NCBI GenBank assembly: GCA_965644265.1
Contig: OZ286470.1
Location: forward strand, 9,920,001 to 9,984,000
Direction of reading: 5' to 3'
From: Glycera tridactyla
Taxonomy: Eukaryota
DNA: 64,000 nucleotides
Positions 61,863 to 64,000 of this stretch are shown here, one piece after another; positions within the stretch are counted from its first letter, which is position 1, and each line of letters begins with the position of its first letter. The position numbers were made by a program, and so were the translations under genes. Under the pieces are notes generated by a model, which did no database searches, had not been told where the DNA came from, and was given only the letters and a program-made list of their open reading frames with translations.

Positions 61863-64000
61863 TGGTGGTTCTAGAGCCAACTGTGCAACTCCATATGCCA
61901 AGTTTGGGGAAAGTCCTAACCGTCTTTTTTTCTAGGGTTGAGGTCCCGGGGCCCCATTATACATACATGTGGCCTAATTTGACTATTTCAGAGGAACAGA
62001 CCGACTCCCATAATTCTTCTAAGGGTGCTTTCATTTATTCCCTGCCTGGGGCACTGTATATGTGCAGTTCGGTCCAGTTCTTAGTAACTTGAAATTCTTA
62101 GGACTTGTCCGACCCCATCATGGGAGGGGGTGATATTGCCCTCAGGAAAAAGATAAAGCATTCCTACTGAAGGTGGTTTCTTGCTGGGCACCTTATTGCT
62201 ACTCCATATGCCAAGTTTGGGAAAAAATCCTAGCCGTTCTTTATTTTCAATGTGTGGGGCCCCGGGGCCCCATATAACATGCATGTGCCCTACTTTGACT
62301 ATTTTAGAGGAGCAGACAAAGACTTGCAACATGGTTTTGAAGGTGGTTTCATGCATTCCCTGCCTGGGGCACTGTATATGTGCAGTTGGGTCCTATTCTG
62401 AGGGACTTGAAATTCTCGGGACTCTTTCAACCCCATCATGTTTTTGAGTGATATTGCACTTGGGAAAAAAATATTGCACTCCCACTGAAAGTGGTCTCTT
62501 TCAGGGCACCTCATAGCCACTCTATATGCCAAGTATGGGGAAAATCCTAGCCGTCGTTTTTTTTTCTAGGGGTTGGGGCCGAGGGCCATCTATACATACA
62601 TGTACCCTACTTTGACTAGTTTTGAGAAGCAGACAAAGACGTGCATGATGATTTTGAAGGTGGTTACATGCATTCCCCGCCTGGGGCACTGTATATGTGC
62701 AGTTGGGTCCTGTTCTGTGGGACTTGAAATTCTCGGGACTCGTCCAACCCCATTATGGTTCTGAGTGATATTGCACTTGGGAAAAAAATATTGCCCTTCT
62801 AATGAAAGTGGATCCTTGTAGGGCACCTCATGGACACTCTATATGCCAAGATTAGGGAAAATCCTAGCCGTAGTTTTTTCTCCAGGGGTGGGGTCTCATG
62901 GCCAGACTATACATACATGTACCCTACTTTGACTATTTTTGAGAAGCAGACAAAGACGTGCACAATGATTTTGAAGGTGGTTCCATGCATTCCCCGCCTG
63001 GGGCACTATATATGTGCAGTTGGGTCCTGTTCTGAGGGACTTGAAATTCTCGGGACTCGTCCAACCCCATTTTGTTTTTATGTGATATTGCACTTGGGAA
63101 AAAAATATTGCAATTCTTCTGAAAGTGGTCTCTTTCAGGGCACCTCATAGCCACTCTATATGCAAAGTATGGGGAAAATCCTAGCCGTGGTTTTTTTTCT
63201 AGGGGTTGGGGCAGAGGGCCATCTATACATACATGTACCCTACTTTGACTAGTTTTGAGAAGCAGACAAAGACGTGCATGATGATTTTGAAGGTGGTTAC
63301 ATGCATTCCCCGCCTGGGGCACTGTATATGTGCAGTTGAGTCCTGTTCTGAGGGACTTGAAATCTTCTCGGGACTCGTCCAACCCCATTTGGTTTTTATG
63401 TGATATTGCACTTGGGAAAAGAATATTGCACTTCTACGGAAAGTGGTTTCTTTCAGGGCACCTCATAGACACACTATATGCCAAGTTTTGGGAAAATCTT
63501 AGCCGTCGTTTTTTTCTAGGGGTGCAGGCCGAGGGCCAACCATACATGCATGTACCCTACTTTGACTATTTTTGAGAAGCACACAATGATGTGTACAATG
63601 ATTTTGAAGGTGTTTCCATGCATTCCCCACCTGGGGCACTGTATATGTGCAGTTGGGTCCTGTTCTGTGGGACTTAAAATTCTCGGGACTCGTCCAACCC
63701 CATTATGGTTCTGAGTGATATTGCACTTGGGAAAAAAATATTGCCCTTCTAATGAAAGTGGATCCTTGTAGGGCACCTCATGGACACTCTATATGCCAAG
63801 TTTGAGGGAAATCCTAGCCGTAGTTTTTTCTCCAGGGGTTGGGTCTCATGGCCAGACTATACATACATGTACCCTACTTTGACTATTTTTGAGAAGCAGA
63901 CAAAGACGTGCACAATGATTTTGGAGGTGGTTCCATGCATTCCCCGCCTGGGGCACTATATATGTGCAGTTGGGTCCTGTTCTGAGGGACTTGAAATTCT
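61863..64000 (+). repeat. ~317-bp satellite array (at least 6.5 monomers, runs off the window) with 950-bp higher-order repeat
   Basis: GGGCACC anchors at 62186, 62504, 62821, 63138, 63456 and 63771 (spacing 315-318). Diagnostic variants recur at +950 (62711/63661, 62821/63771). Confidence 0.95.

Noticed and set aside
61853-63776. Many 60-150-aa repetitive ORFs
   Set aside because: They arise from the 317-bp satellite on both strands; no coding motif. Not a CRISPR array, because there are no unique spacers.

Overview
AT-rich, repeat-dense eukaryotic DNA, probably from an invertebrate animal (a spiralian is suggested by the repeat types; this is inference). No rRNA, intact tRNA or CRISPR array was seen. 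(1) 1-24.6 kb: a hand-assembled, phase-consistent multi-exon + strand host gene. It encodes an SGNH-fold (LINE-ORF1-esterase/OSK-like) domain and includes a probable 14-nt microexon. Its introns carry SINEs, MITEs, HINE-like repeats and decayed LINEs. (2) 25754-34730: an apparently full-length, recent ~9.0-kb CR1/L2-group LINE nested in an older antisense LINE. It has a ~1000-aa ORF1 (RRM/CTD, a PAM2 motif and a Q/N-rich tail), an unusual 2.5-kb inter-ORF spacer, and an APE-RT ORF2 broken by one frameshift. (3) 36-48 kb: nested LINE fragments. (4) 48.3-56.7 kb: a ~2800-codon NOF/Rehavkus-like (Mutator superfamily) transposase ORF with one internal TAA. It carries three N-terminal Zn-finger-like modules, the DDE core, a USP (C19) deubiquitinase, a degenerate second USP-like domain and a Ulp1 (C48) protease. 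(5) 61.9-64 kb: a ~317-bp satellite with a 950-bp three-monomer higher-order repeat. All calls are by eye from motifs; no database searches were run.
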